A DNA stretch of 23,084 nucleotides, from positions 62,001 through 85,084 of the IMG/VR virus record IMGVR_UViG_3300013325_000001, one strand, 5' to 3'. Below, one piece after another: positions 1-7,888 of the stretch (position 1 is its first letter; each line of letters begins with the position of its first letter). Under the pieces are notes generated by a model. The model had not been told where the DNA came from and did not search any database. It was given only the letters and a program-made list of their open reading frames with translations. A program made the translations under genes and the position numbers. The stretch comes from an uncultured virus (IMG/VR IMGVR_UViG_3300013325_000001). Taxonomy: Duplodnaviria; Heunggongvirae; Uroviricota; Caudoviricetes.

Positions 1-59
1 ATGCCGCGCTGAATGACGCCAGGCGGGGCGCCGTCCCAAGGTTGTATTGCGGTGCTCAT
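1..59 (-). CDS. 5' end of leftward gene, hypothetical (MSTAIQPWDGAPPGVIQRG...), truncated by the window edge
   Basis: ATG (CAT at 57-59) with GGAG 8 nt upstream on the minus strand; open to the window edge; downstream of a leftward promoter. Confidence 0.6.
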   Translation of the reverse strand, partial: MSTAIQPWDGAPPGVIQRG

Positions 60-91
60 GTCTCGTGCTCCGTGGGTTCCAAGTGACGGAG

Positions 92-120
92 ACAATAGCA
101 ACCGCTATTGAAACTGGCAA
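92..120 (-). promoter_or_regulatory. Leftward sigma70 promoter overlapped by operator copies
   Basis: Minus strand TTGCCA-17 nt-TATTGT; operator-like 12-mers at 96-107 and 119-130. Confidence 0.65.
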
Positions 121-244
121 GCACCTGTTAGCAGAAAAAACAAATCAAACGAGCGGGACTTTCCGTATCACCTGCTATACGATGACCCTAGCTATCAGTC
201 CTGATGACGTTTAGACTGATCGGGAAAGTTGATAGAACGGTCGA

Positions 245-273
245 TTGAGGCAGTAGGTAGCATTCGTTATATT
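245..273 (+). promoter_or_regulatory. Rightward sigma70 promoter with an operator overlapping the spacer and -10
   Basis: TTGAGG-17 nt-TATATT; TAGCATTCGTTA at 258-269. Confidence 0.65.
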
Positions 274-310
274 CCTGCGCTCAATTGGAGTTTAACGATG
301 GAGACCATCA

Positions 311-661
311 ATGGCGTCCGTGAATCCGGGCCTTAAAGAACAGGAGCAGGACTTTCTCAAGGAGAGGGAGGAGCGCGTAGATCGAGTGATCGCTCTGCTG
401 CGTGAGTTCTTCAAGCGAGAGGATCTTGAAACCAAGCGCCAGCGTGATCGGTTCGCAAAGGCGTGCGGGACAACCTGGGGCAATTTGCAGCAAATTATCC
501 AGCGGCAGCGGAACATCCCTGTCTGGCTGGCCATCAATCTCGACCGCGAGTCAGGCGGCGAACTCCCGATGACCGAGCTGTCCGTAGAAGTGGACCCTCG
601 CCATAGAATCGACTGGGAGTACGTGCGCAAGGCGATGCGGAGAAAAATAACGAAGGCGTGA
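311..661 (+). CDS. Cro/YdaS-like HTH transcriptional regulator
   Basis: FAKACGTT..LQQI...LAINLDRESGG...IDWEY pattern typical of Cro/YdaS-like proteins; GGAG RBS; first gene after the rightward promoter. Confidence 0.75.
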   Translation: MASVNPGLKEQEQDFLKEREERVDRVIALLREFFKREDLETKRQRDRFAKACGTTWGNLQQIIQRQRNIPVWLAINLDRESGGELPMTELSVEVDPRHRIDWEYVRKAMRRKITKA

Positions 662-662
662 C

Positions 663-932
663 ATGCGATCCCAATACGACCGGGTGCTGGCGGTACTGAA
701 AGCGGCTGCGAAACCTCTGAGCCTCTTTGAGATCAGAGAGGCCATTACGGCCAGGTTCGAGCGTATGGATTCGGAGGCGGCTATATCGGCGCGCATTCGC
801 GATATACGCCACGATCTGGAGCGAAACCAGACGGGCACCATCTGCGCCGTGCGTGAGCAGGGCAAGGCGTGGTGTCGATATAGGGTCGAAAAGGTTACAG
901 GTGCTCAAGACCAAGGCCGGCTGATCTGCTGA
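663..932 (+). CDS. Small winged-helix-like phage protein
   Basis: 89 aa with PLSLFEIREAI...DSEAAISARIRD HTH-like segment; starts 1 nt after the previous stop. Confidence 0.6.
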   Translation: MRSQYDRVLAVLKAAAKPLSLFEIREAITARFERMDSEAAISARIRDIRHDLERNQTGTICAVREQGKAWCRYRVEKVTGAQDQGRLIC

Positions 933-936
933 TCTA

Positions 937-952
937 CTGGCTAAATATACAG
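937..952. promoter_or_regulatory. LexA (SOS) box
   Basis: TA-CTGGCTAAATATACAG-TA fits the gammaproteobacterial CTG-N10-CAG consensus with an AT-rich core (reverse strand CTGTATATTTAGCCAG). Confidence 0.75.
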
Positions 953-1344
953 TAGCATTGTGCTGAACGGCACGGTGCTCTGCATCAGTGGCCGCGTTCT
1001 GTCTAACGCGGCTGCAGGCGGCTAGGTCGGGACTAGCTATCTCGGCTGAAAGGGCATGTACCTCGCTCCAAGCGCCCTGTCGCCTGCATCTGAGAGGGAG
1101 CGAGGAATCAGTAGCAGCCGAGCTAGACGGCTTGGTAAACCTTTTGAGCGAGGTTCTTAGATGGATTTTTCAAAAGCGTCTTTAGTGGCGGCGGGATCTT
1201 TACGCCACAAATCCGACGAACACCTATCACGCGATAGATCGAATATCCTGATAATCCGCGCCGGTTGTGTGGTCACTTTTGGAGTATTGACCAATGCGTA
1301 ACGCTTTATCAGGTCAAGCAGTGGAAGCTAGCGGCAACACGCGC

Positions 1345-1364
1345 AGCGGATCTATCCGCTTTTT
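1345..1364 (+). terminator. Putative intrinsic terminator or attenuator upstream of the initiator gene
   Basis: AGCGGA-tcta-TCCGCT followed by TTTT. Confidence 0.45.
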
Positions 1365-1430
1365 CGATTGGTTCGGGCAGGATGCTAGCAAGTCAGTTGC
1401 GGGCTCTTGGGTAGTGCAGGGACGACATTA

Positions 1431-2450
1431 ATGGCTGGCATCAGACGGGCGCCACGCCCCGTAGACGAGTTTTTCTATCGGCTGGACAAGCGCATCAGCG
1501 AAGACCTTCGGCTGTCCTGGGAGGCGCGCGGGCTGCTGATCTTCCTGCTCGGAAAGCCGGATCACTGGATTATCTCGGTATCGCATCTAATCGAGCAGAC
1601 TAAGCGATCCCTGCGTAAAGGCTCTGGTCGCGATGCGGTGCGGGCGATCCTGGGTGAGCTGGTGGAGGCGGGTTATCTGCAGACAGAGACGGCGCGCAAT
1701 GATGGCGGCCAGTTCGGCGGGGTGGACTACGTGGTGCATGAAGTGCCGCTCTACCCTCAGCAAGTGGCAGGCGATGAACCGAAGCCGGATTATCCGGCGC
1801 CGGCTGAACCGAAGCCGGATTATCCGGCGCCGGCAAATCCCCTACTAGTAAAGACTGAAAGAGCAGTAAGGACTGAAAGAGCAAAGAAAGGCACCTCTGC
1901 CGAGGCGCCCATCTATGCGCAGGCCAGTTCCAGCCCCTCGAAGTCTTCGAGTGCATCGAGCGACACAGGGCACAGCTCAGCAGCCACTTCGGCCGCCACA
2001 TCGAACAACCCGATCAGCCAGGCGAGCCTGTCAGGTGTCGAGCCGGCAGTCGGCAAGGTTGAAAAGAAGACCGGTAAGGCAAAAGCGACTAAGGGGTCTT
2101 TGGTCACTGTAGGCATGCTGGCAATCCCTGAATGGTTACCCGTTGATCGTCTTCAAGCGTTTCTTGATTACCGAGTGGATATCAAAAAACCGATGACAAA
2201 ACATGGGGCTGAGCTATTGATCGGCGAACTAACGAAACTGAGGGCTGCCGGGCACGACCCTGTGGATTCGATAAATCGCTCGATTATGAGTGGCAAATGG
2301 CTCGGAGTCTTCCCGCCTCGTCCAAATCAGACACTTGGTTACAAAGAAAAGTTCAACCCACACGACTACGTAAACGGATATTACAACCGCGAGGAGCCTA
2401 GCCATGCCGCAGACGATTGCATCGACGTCTCAGCTGTCCGCCTGGACTGA
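1431..2450 (+). CDS. Phage replication initiator (O-like, N-terminal HTH)
   Basis: N-terminal DLRLSWEARGLLIFLLGKPDHW...ELVEAGY motif, low-complexity linker carrying iterons, C-terminal FLDYRVDIKKPMT domain; start set at ATG 1431. Confidence 0.8.
   Translation: MAGIRRAPRPVDEFFYRLDKRISEDLRLSWEARGLLIFLLGKPDHWIISVSHLIEQTKRSLRKGSGRDAVRAILGELVEAGYLQTETARNDGGQFGGVDYVVHEVPLYPQQVAGDEPKPDYPAPAEPKPDYPAPANPLLVKTERAVRTERAKKGTSAEAPIYAQASSSPSKSSSASSDTGHSSAATSAATSNNPISQASLSGVEPAVGKVEKKTGKAKATKGSLVTVGMLAIPEWLPVDRLQAFLDYRVDIKKPMTKHGAELLIGELTKLRAAGHDPVDSINRSIMSGKWLGVFPPRPNQTLGYKEKFNPHDYVNGYYNREEPSHAADDCIDVSAVRLD
1775..1890. repeat. Putative replication origin: two 30-bp tandem iterons plus purine-rich repeats
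   Basis: TGAACCGAAGCCGGATTATCCGGCGCCGGC twice (1775-1834), each with the inverted repeat GCCGGAT-T-ATCCGGC; GACTGAAAGAGCA twice (1853-1865, 1871-1883). Confidence 0.7.
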
Positions 2451-3249
2451 CCGTCGCATCAAGGTGCCGAACCCTGATCCGCGCGAGAACAACACGGTGA
2501 TGATTTCGCCGATGATGAAGCTGTGGCAGCGCTTCGACGGCGCAATGCCAGGTTCCTGGGCGTCCAACTTCACCCGCCCTGGCGCGATAGATAACTGGGC
2601 CGAATCCTGGGCGCATGTGTTCGTCAAGCAGCAGCTGACGATGGCAGAGATCGCCAGGGGCCTCGACAACCTCGACCAGATCCCGGCGAACGACGCTCGG
2701 TATGGACGCATCAGTGTCCAGCAATTCATCGCGCTGTGCCGCCCAAAGCTGAGCGACGAAGACGCCTATCACGAGGCCATCAAGCAGCTGCACAAGCGCC
2801 GCACGCCCTTCGAGCGTGATGGCCGGATGGTCACTGCCGACGTCTGGAGCGAGCCCGCGATCTACTGGGCAGCCATCCGCATGGAGAGCGATCTGCTCAC
2901 TCAGCCGTATGAGCGGATCAAGGGGCGCTGGGCGCGGGCACTGGACTACGCCAGAACGCATCCGAAAGGTGAGGTGCCCTTGTACATGCTGGCGCTGCCC
3001 GAGAAATCGAGCGTCGGCCTGAGCGAGGTGGAGCAGCGCGCCGCCGAAGTCAAGCAGCAAGCGGTCATGGCGGAAATTCTCGCCAAGCTCGGAAAGCGCT
3101 CGCCGGAAGCAAGCCCCAAGGGCCGGAAAATGAAGACCTTGAGCGATGACGATCTGACCGCGCGCAAGGCTGCCCTCGATCAACTGCTGGCGGCCAAGCA
3201 GCAGAGAGAGAGGCAGCAGGGTGAAGGGGAGAACGCCGAGCAAGGCTGA
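2404..3249 (+). CDS. Replication protein P-like helicase loader
   Basis: Follows the O-like gene; QFIALCRP...AYHEA...WSEPAIYWAA motifs resemble lambdoid P; GAGGAG RBS. Confidence 0.6.
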   Translation: MPQTIASTSQLSAWTDRRIKVPNPDPRENNTVMISPMMKLWQRFDGAMPGSWASNFTRPGAIDNWAESWAHVFVKQQLTMAEIARGLDNLDQIPANDARYGRISVQQFIALCRPKLSDEDAYHEAIKQLHKRRTPFERDGRMVTADVWSEPAIYWAAIRMESDLLTQPYERIKGRWARALDYARTHPKGEVPLYMLALPEKSSVGLSEVEQRAAEVKQQAVMAEILAKLGKRSPEASPKGRKMKTLSDDDLTARKAALDQLLAAKQQRERQQGEGENAEQG

Positions 3250-3586
3250 GAGCGATTGGCATGACCTGATCGCGACCAATATCGGGTGCCAGGCCTGTCA
3301 CAAGGAGACCGGCACCCGCAACACCTACGTCTCCATTCACCACATCGACGGCCGAACAAAGCCGGATGCCCATTGGCTAGTGCTGGCGCCCTGCGGCGGT
3401 CACCACCAGAAGGGCTACGGCGCCGACCCGAAGATGCCGGCCATACACGGCAGCTTGCGCGAGTTCGAGCGCCGCTATGGAACCGAAATGGAACTGCTCG
3501 CCGAAGCGGCAAGCGACTTGCTCGAAATGGGCTATCAGGTTCCGGCGCGCGTGCTGGAGCTGACCGGACTGGACGTCACCGCATGA
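3221..3586 (+). CDS. ref: Ref-family RecA-dependent HNH nuclease
   Basis: MKGRTPSKAE...GCQAC...IHHIDGRTKPDAH..VL.PC..HHQ matches the P1 Ref family. Confidence 0.8.
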   Translation: MKGRTPSKAESDWHDLIATNIGCQACHKETGTRNTYVSIHHIDGRTKPDAHWLVLAPCGGHHQKGYGADPKMPAIHGSLREFERRYGTEMELLAEAASDLLEMGYQVPARVLELTGLDVTA

Positions 3587-3840
3587 AATCAATCATCCAT
3601 CGCTGCCGGCGCCTCGCGCGGCTGGCGCGTAAGGGCTACCTGTGGTTCCAGATCCGCGTTCGCGGCATCCAGACCACCAAGGTCTGCCCGAAGTGTTTCG
3701 ACGAGAGCATGGTTCCCCTGCGCTCGATCAACCTGAAAATCTGCCCGAGCTGCCAGCACGAGATCCCCTGGCAGCTGGGGCACGACCAGCAATCCACTCT
3801 GCAGCCCAGTCGGGCGACCCGAAAAGGAATCCTTGTATGA
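3583..3840 (+). CDS. Zn-ribbon hypothetical protein
   Basis: ATGA overlaps at both ends; CPKC...CPSC motifs. Confidence 0.65.
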   Translation: MKSIIHRCRRLARLARKGYLWFQIRVRGIQTTKVCPKCFDESMVPLRSINLKICPSCQHEIPWQLGHDQQSTLQPSRATRKGILV

Positions 3841-4274
3841 AATCCTCCCTGAGCGCTATGCGCACCCATCTGCATAGCCTGCCGTTGCCCGCGCAGATGA
3901 CAGCTGGCGCCGCTGGTTTCGATCTTCGCTCGACCGTCGCGCACGTTCTGCAGCCAGGGGAGCGATTTTGTGTTCCGACAGGCTTTGCCTGGGATTTGCC
4001 GGATGAGTTTTGTGGGCAGATATGGCCGCGCTCGGGCCTCGCGGTAAAGCACGGCATCGACGTACTCGCAGGGCTGATCGACCCCGATTACATTGGAGAG
4101 ATCGCTGTGGTGTTGATCAATCACGGGTCTGAGCCGTTCGAGATCAGGGTTGGTGATCGGATTGCACAGATGATTCTGACGCTATTTGTGCGCGGCACCT
4201 TAGAGGAGTGCTGCACGGCGCTGAAAGAGACCGAGCGCGGCGAGGGTGGGTTCGCCAGTACCGGTATCGCCTGA
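3837..4274 (+). CDS. dut: dUTP diphosphatase (trimeric dUTPase)
   Basis: Motifs AGFDL, PRSGLA, GLIDPDYIGEI, GDRIAQ, RGEGGFASTG. Confidence 0.95.
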   Translation: MKSSLSAMRTHLHSLPLPAQMTAGAAGFDLRSTVAHVLQPGERFCVPTGFAWDLPDEFCGQIWPRSGLAVKHGIDVLAGLIDPDYIGEIAVVLINHGSEPFEIRVGDRIAQMILTLFVRGTLEECCTALKETERGEGGFASTGIA

Positions 4275-4474
4275 TGGCCAGGGTCGAGCAACCTTGCACG
4301 GCGCCGCTTCACGAGGCCGCGCTGCGCACGCTGATCAGCCAGGGGTTCACGGTCGTGCAGCGTAAAGAGCGGTACGCCATCGTCGAGCGGGGCAATGACC
4401 GCCGCAAGATCGACCCCGACGGCAAAGCCTGTCGTGCGCTGGGTGCCAAGCCCCTCGTCAGGCGGCGCCGGTAA
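4274..4474 (+). CDS. Hypothetical protein
   Basis: TGATG coupling to dut; 66 aa. Confidence 0.55.
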   Translation: MARVEQPCTAPLHEAALRTLISQGFTVVQRKERYAIVERGNDRRKIDPDGKACRALGAKPLVRRRR

Positions 4475-4478
4475 CGCC

Positions 4479-4934
4479 ATGCGCATGTCGGCCGAGGATT
4501 ACGTCGAGTTCGAGCGCAAGCGGCTGGCTGCAAAGCCTGCGCGCACCAAGGCGCCCGTCTCGACTCAGCCTGGCGCGCTGAGTGCTACCGCCCGCATGCA
4601 ATCGAAAGGGCGGCTGGCGCCTGGGCAGATGAACAAGAGCGAGACGGCTTACTCGACCGTGCTCGATCAGCGCAAGCAGGCCGGCGAGATCCTGTGGTGG
4701 GCGTTCGAGGGCATCAAACTCAAGCTGGCGCCCAATACGCACCTGACCATCGACTTCACCGTGCTGCTTGCCAATGGCGAGTTGCAGATGCACGACGTCA
4801 AGGGTGCGAAGGCGATCATTCAGGATGACGCGAAGGTCAAGATGAAAGTGGCGCGCTCGATGTTCCCGTTCGCGATGTTCTATGCCTTCCCGCCCAAGCG
4901 TAAGGGTGATGACTGGACGCTGGAGGAGATATGA
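4479..4934 (+). CDS. DUF1064-like PD-(D/E)XK endonuclease
   Basis: GQMNKSETAY...FEGIKLKLA...IDFTV...HDVKG motifs. Confidence 0.75.
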   Translation: MRMSAEDYVEFERKRLAAKPARTKAPVSTQPGALSATARMQSKGRLAPGQMNKSETAYSTVLDQRKQAGEILWWAFEGIKLKLAPNTHLTIDFTVLLANGELQMHDVKGAKAIIQDDAKVKMKVARSMFPFAMFYAFPPKRKGDDWTLEEI

Positions 4935-5170
4935 CCGCATCCCTGCACGACCAGTACATATCTCATGTCATGGGCTGCCGTGGCTGCTATGCGCCTCGGG
5001 CGCGCTACTGCGATCAGGGAAAGGCGCTTTGGTCGGACTATCTTGTGGACTTCATCATGGCGCAGCCTGATCGGGTCACGCGCCGCGCGCTGATGGTGAC
5101 CGAGAAACGGCAGAATCCGCACCTGTTCCCGCTGCTGAACGAGAAGGTGCGCGCTCAGCTCGTGAATTGA
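4931..5170 (+). CDS. Hypothetical Cys/His-containing protein
   Basis: ATGA overlap, GGAGGAG RBS, H...CRGC...C pattern. Confidence 0.65.
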   Translation: MTASLHDQYISHVMGCRGCYAPRARYCDQGKALWSDYLVDFIMAQPDRVTRRALMVTEKRQNPHLFPLLNEKVRAQLVN

Positions 5171-5178
5171 GGTAACCC

Positions 5179-5649
5179 GTGGATATCTACGTCCGCAAGA
5201 CGCTCGACGGCTCCCTGCGGCCCGTGTCTGATGAGGACGCCGAGGCCTTGAGAACGATCAAGCTCGGCGAGCCGATAAAGGTCAAGGTCACCAAGCCCCG
5301 CAACTACAAGTTCCTGCAGAAGACGATGGTGCTGTTCGGCATCGCCTACGACCATTTTTGCGAGTTCGGTATCTCCGAGGCGGTTTACCGTGGGCGACCC
5401 GTGGTGCCGTGCAAAGAGACCTTTCGCAAAAACCTGATCGTCCTGGCCGGTCACTATGATCCGGTGTTCGACGTGAGGGGTAGGGTCAAGCTGGTGCCGC
5501 ACTCGCTGTCGTATGCGAAATGCACCGAGGAGCAGGCGCAGAAAATCTACAGCGACGTGATCAATGCGGTGCTCGCTAACGTGTACCGGGGCAACCTGAG
5601 CGAGGAGGAGCTGAACAAGCGCGTGATGGAGGTTCTGTCCTTTGCGTGA
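5179..5649 (+). CDS. DUF1367-family protein
   Basis: KPRNYKF...FRKNLIVLAGHYD...SLSYAKC...YSDVINAV pattern; GAGG RBS. Confidence 0.75.
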   Translation: MDIYVRKTLDGSLRPVSDEDAEALRTIKLGEPIKVKVTKPRNYKFLQKTMVLFGIAYDHFCEFGISEAVYRGRPVVPCKETFRKNLIVLAGHYDPVFDVRGRVKLVPHSLSYAKCTEEQAQKIYSDVINAVLANVYRGNLSEEELNKRVMEVLSFA

Positions 5650-5675
5650 CGGTGCAAGCAGGCCTAATTGCAGTA

Positions 5676-5750
5676 GAGCATCTGCTAAATAAAAAAGTTC
5701 CCATCTGCTAGCGAAAAACCGTTGCGGCCGGATTAATCCCGCTATAACAT
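5676..5750 (+). promoter_or_regulatory. Operator pair and promoter of the XRE regulator/HU/ncRNA unit
   Basis: GAGCATCTGCTA (5676-5687), TCCCATCTGCTA (5699-5710); TTGCGG-17 nt-TAACAT (5722-5750). Confidence 0.55.
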
Positions 5751-5786
5751 GCGCTATATGATTCACCGCGTCTGGATGGGACGGAA

Positions 5787-6467
5787 ATGACCGCTACGAT
5801 TCTGCAGGAAGACGTTGATTCTCTTTGGAAAGTTATCGCCACGCGGCTATGTGCTGCGCGTCGCGTGTCTGGCATGAAACAGCCGCAAGTAGCGGCGGCT
5901 GTCGGTCAGAAGAACATGACCCAAGTGTCCCTGTGGGAGAGTGGCGAACGCCGCCCCAAGCTGGCCGATCTGATTATGATGGCCAAGCTGTATGGCGTGC
6001 CGATGGACTTCCTGTGTGGCCTGTCTAATGACCCGCTCGCTGATGCGCCTGAGAATAATCAGGGGTTCCTGGCGAACATGATCACCAAGGCCATTCAGAC
6101 CAATCACATGAGCTGGGTTCAGGCCACCTCGCAGTCAGTCGCGGCTACGATCAAGAATCACGGCCAGGACCGCAGCGATCTGGTGCAGGCCGGCAAGATT
6201 CTTAACGACTTGTTCAAGGCATACAACCGGATCAAGGAACTCAACCCTGAGTTCGATGACGAGGTTCGCGGGGCGTCCAAGTTCGAGTCGGAGCTGGCGC
6301 GCCTGTATGACCTGATCAGGGTAGCCGAGCACCGGATCGACGAGGAGCGGCGGCAGTGCGAGATCATCGACCGCGAGGTGGGCATCGCCAGCGGAGAGTT
6401 CGAGCGTAATGCCCAGCGCGACGCGGCGGCGACCGTCAACCAGATGATGTTGGATATCTCCCGGTAG
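5787..6467 (+). CDS. XRE-family HTH transcriptional regulator with a helical C-terminal extension
   Basis: [21 protein letters not shown]...[12 protein letters not shown]...[11 protein letters not shown] is a classic XRE/HTH_3 domain. Confidence 0.85.
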   Translation: MTATILQEDVDSLWKVIATRLCAARRVSGMKQPQVAAAVGQKNMTQVSLWESGERRPKLADLIMMAKLYGVPMDFLCGLSNDPLADAPENNQGFLANMITKAIQTNHMSWVQATSQSVAATIKNHGQDRSDLVQAGKILNDLFKAYNRIKELNPEFDDEVRGASKFESELARLYDLIRVAEHRIDEERRQCEIIDREVGIASGEFERNAQRDAAATVNQMMLDISR

Positions 6468-6504
6468 CAATCCATTTGCAGTTTCAACCCAACGAGGCGA
6501 CACC

Positions 6505-6777
6505 ATGAACAAAGCGGAATTGATCGACGCCATCGCGGCGAATGCGGATATCAGCAAGGCGGCAGCCGGTCGGGCGCTCGATGCGTTCACTGACACCATT
6601 GAAAAGACCCTGGCTACCGGTGATAGCGTCGCCCTGGTCGGTTTCGGCACCTTCACCGTGAAGTACCGCGAGGCCCGCACTGGTCGCAACCCGCAGACCG
6701 GCGAGCCGATGGAGATCAAGGCAAGCACCGTCCCAGGCTTCAAGCCAGGCAAGTCCCTGAAAGACGCCGTAGCGTGA
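6505..6777 (+). CDS. hupB: HU histone-like DNA-binding protein
   Basis: [11 protein letters not shown]...VALVGFGTF...[10 protein letters not shown]...[13 protein letters not shown]. Confidence 0.95.
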   Translation: MNKAELIDAIAANADISKAAAGRALDAFTDTIEKTLATGDSVALVGFGTFTVKYREARTGRNPQTGEPMEIKASTVPGFKPGKSLKDAVA

Positions 6778-6784
6778 TTGATCG

Positions 6785-7512
6785 GCCCCGGCGAATACCG
6801 GGGCTGTATCGGAGAGTGATCTGCCGTAGGCGGTAGAGCTGGATTCAGCCGGAGACGGCTTACTGGCAAGTGTGGCGAAAGCCCTCAGATCATTCCCCGA
6901 TGCAGAGTTTCTGCATCACCGCAGTGGCATGCGGTTATTTAGCACCCGATCCCAGGCAGGGTTATGCCGCAGCTTGGGGAGTATGGGCTAGGGTTTCCTG
7001 GCCGACGCCGAGCAACTGCACCGTGAAGCGGTCGGCGATCCCGTAAGGGGGCTTGAGACACGGCGAGGCGTTTGACCGAGGCAGCGTAATGGCCTCCCCG
7101 CATACGGTAAGCGGGACGAACATGGCGAAAGCCGAACGACTCTACCCCTGCTTGCGTCATTGTGGGTATTCAGGCCGAAAGAGCAGATAGGCCGGCTGTC
7201 ATAGGCACGTAGCAGCGCCGTCATCCCCTGGCGCGGTAGGCCCCTATGAGGTAAGCGTGATGCGAGTGGCGACGTAATCGCCCTGATCACCTCGCAAGAG
7301 GCTGCATCGGTGGATGCCCTGCCCAACAACCCTAACCAGTTGTCTCGGTAGCACGAACGGGCAGGCTATCCACCCATGCAGGCGTGCCCAAGCGGGCTGC
7401 ACCGTTAGGATTCGCAAAGACCCGTAAACCTCCTGAGCCGGTATGAGCGAGACGGCCAAGACCAGAAATGACGGCGGGACGTAAGCGGGAGTAGCGCCCC
7501 GGTGCCTGCATG
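6785..7512 (+). ncRNA. Candidate large, highly structured ncRNA (GOLLD/ROOL-like size class; family not identified)
   Basis: No credible ORF; several GNRA-capped hairpins, nested long-range helices with G-U pairs on the + strand, and possible pseudoknots (see findings). Boundaries are approximate. Confidence 0.65.
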
Positions 7513-7888
7513 ACCCATTCAAAGCAACTGAGAAGCATTCAAAGCCAGATCGGCAGGCTTCCCATGCACGGGCAACGCTCCATCCCCTCCGTAGTGCTCA
7601 ATATCCCCATAGAGCGGGAAACCCCCAAGGGGCAGCGCACCCTCCCGGTAGTACCTTCAATCCCGCAGGTGTGTCTGTTCACCCGCAACCCGGTAGGCCA
7701 TTCCGGTTCCCTGAGTGTTAGCCAGGCTCTGATCGCCTAGAACGCCGAACGCATGGCATTGCGCTAGGGGGCGCACAAGGGGGCAATAAACACCGACAGC
7801 CAAGGGAATCCATCTGCCCTCCTTGCCAGGCGCCGCGCTGGTTGGCGAAACAGCGGCATCACCCATCACCACTACCCAGGATCACGCC

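Noticed and set aside
953..965. TAGCATTGTGCTG as a further operator copy
   Set aside because: The spacing is off by one base from the 12-bp consensus; more likely a -10 element next to the LexA box.
988..1185. 65-aa GTG-start ORF after the LexA box
   Set aside because: No clear RBS or recognisable motif; not called as a CDS, though a small antirepressor cannot be excluded.
1775..1834. 30-bp direct repeats as a possible CRISPR array
   Set aside because: Only two abutting copies with no spacer, in frame within the initiator gene; better explained as iterons.
7435..7512. GAGCCGGTATGAGCGAGA resembles the start of group II intron domain V
   Set aside because: The complementary 3' arm (...CGGTTC) is missing, there is no RT/maturase ORF, and no interrupted gene flanks it.
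7510..7740. 76-aa + strand ORF upstream of terS, and minus-strand ORFs across 6939-7538
   Set aside because: No RBS, atypical composition, and overlap with the structured RNA region; probably spurious.
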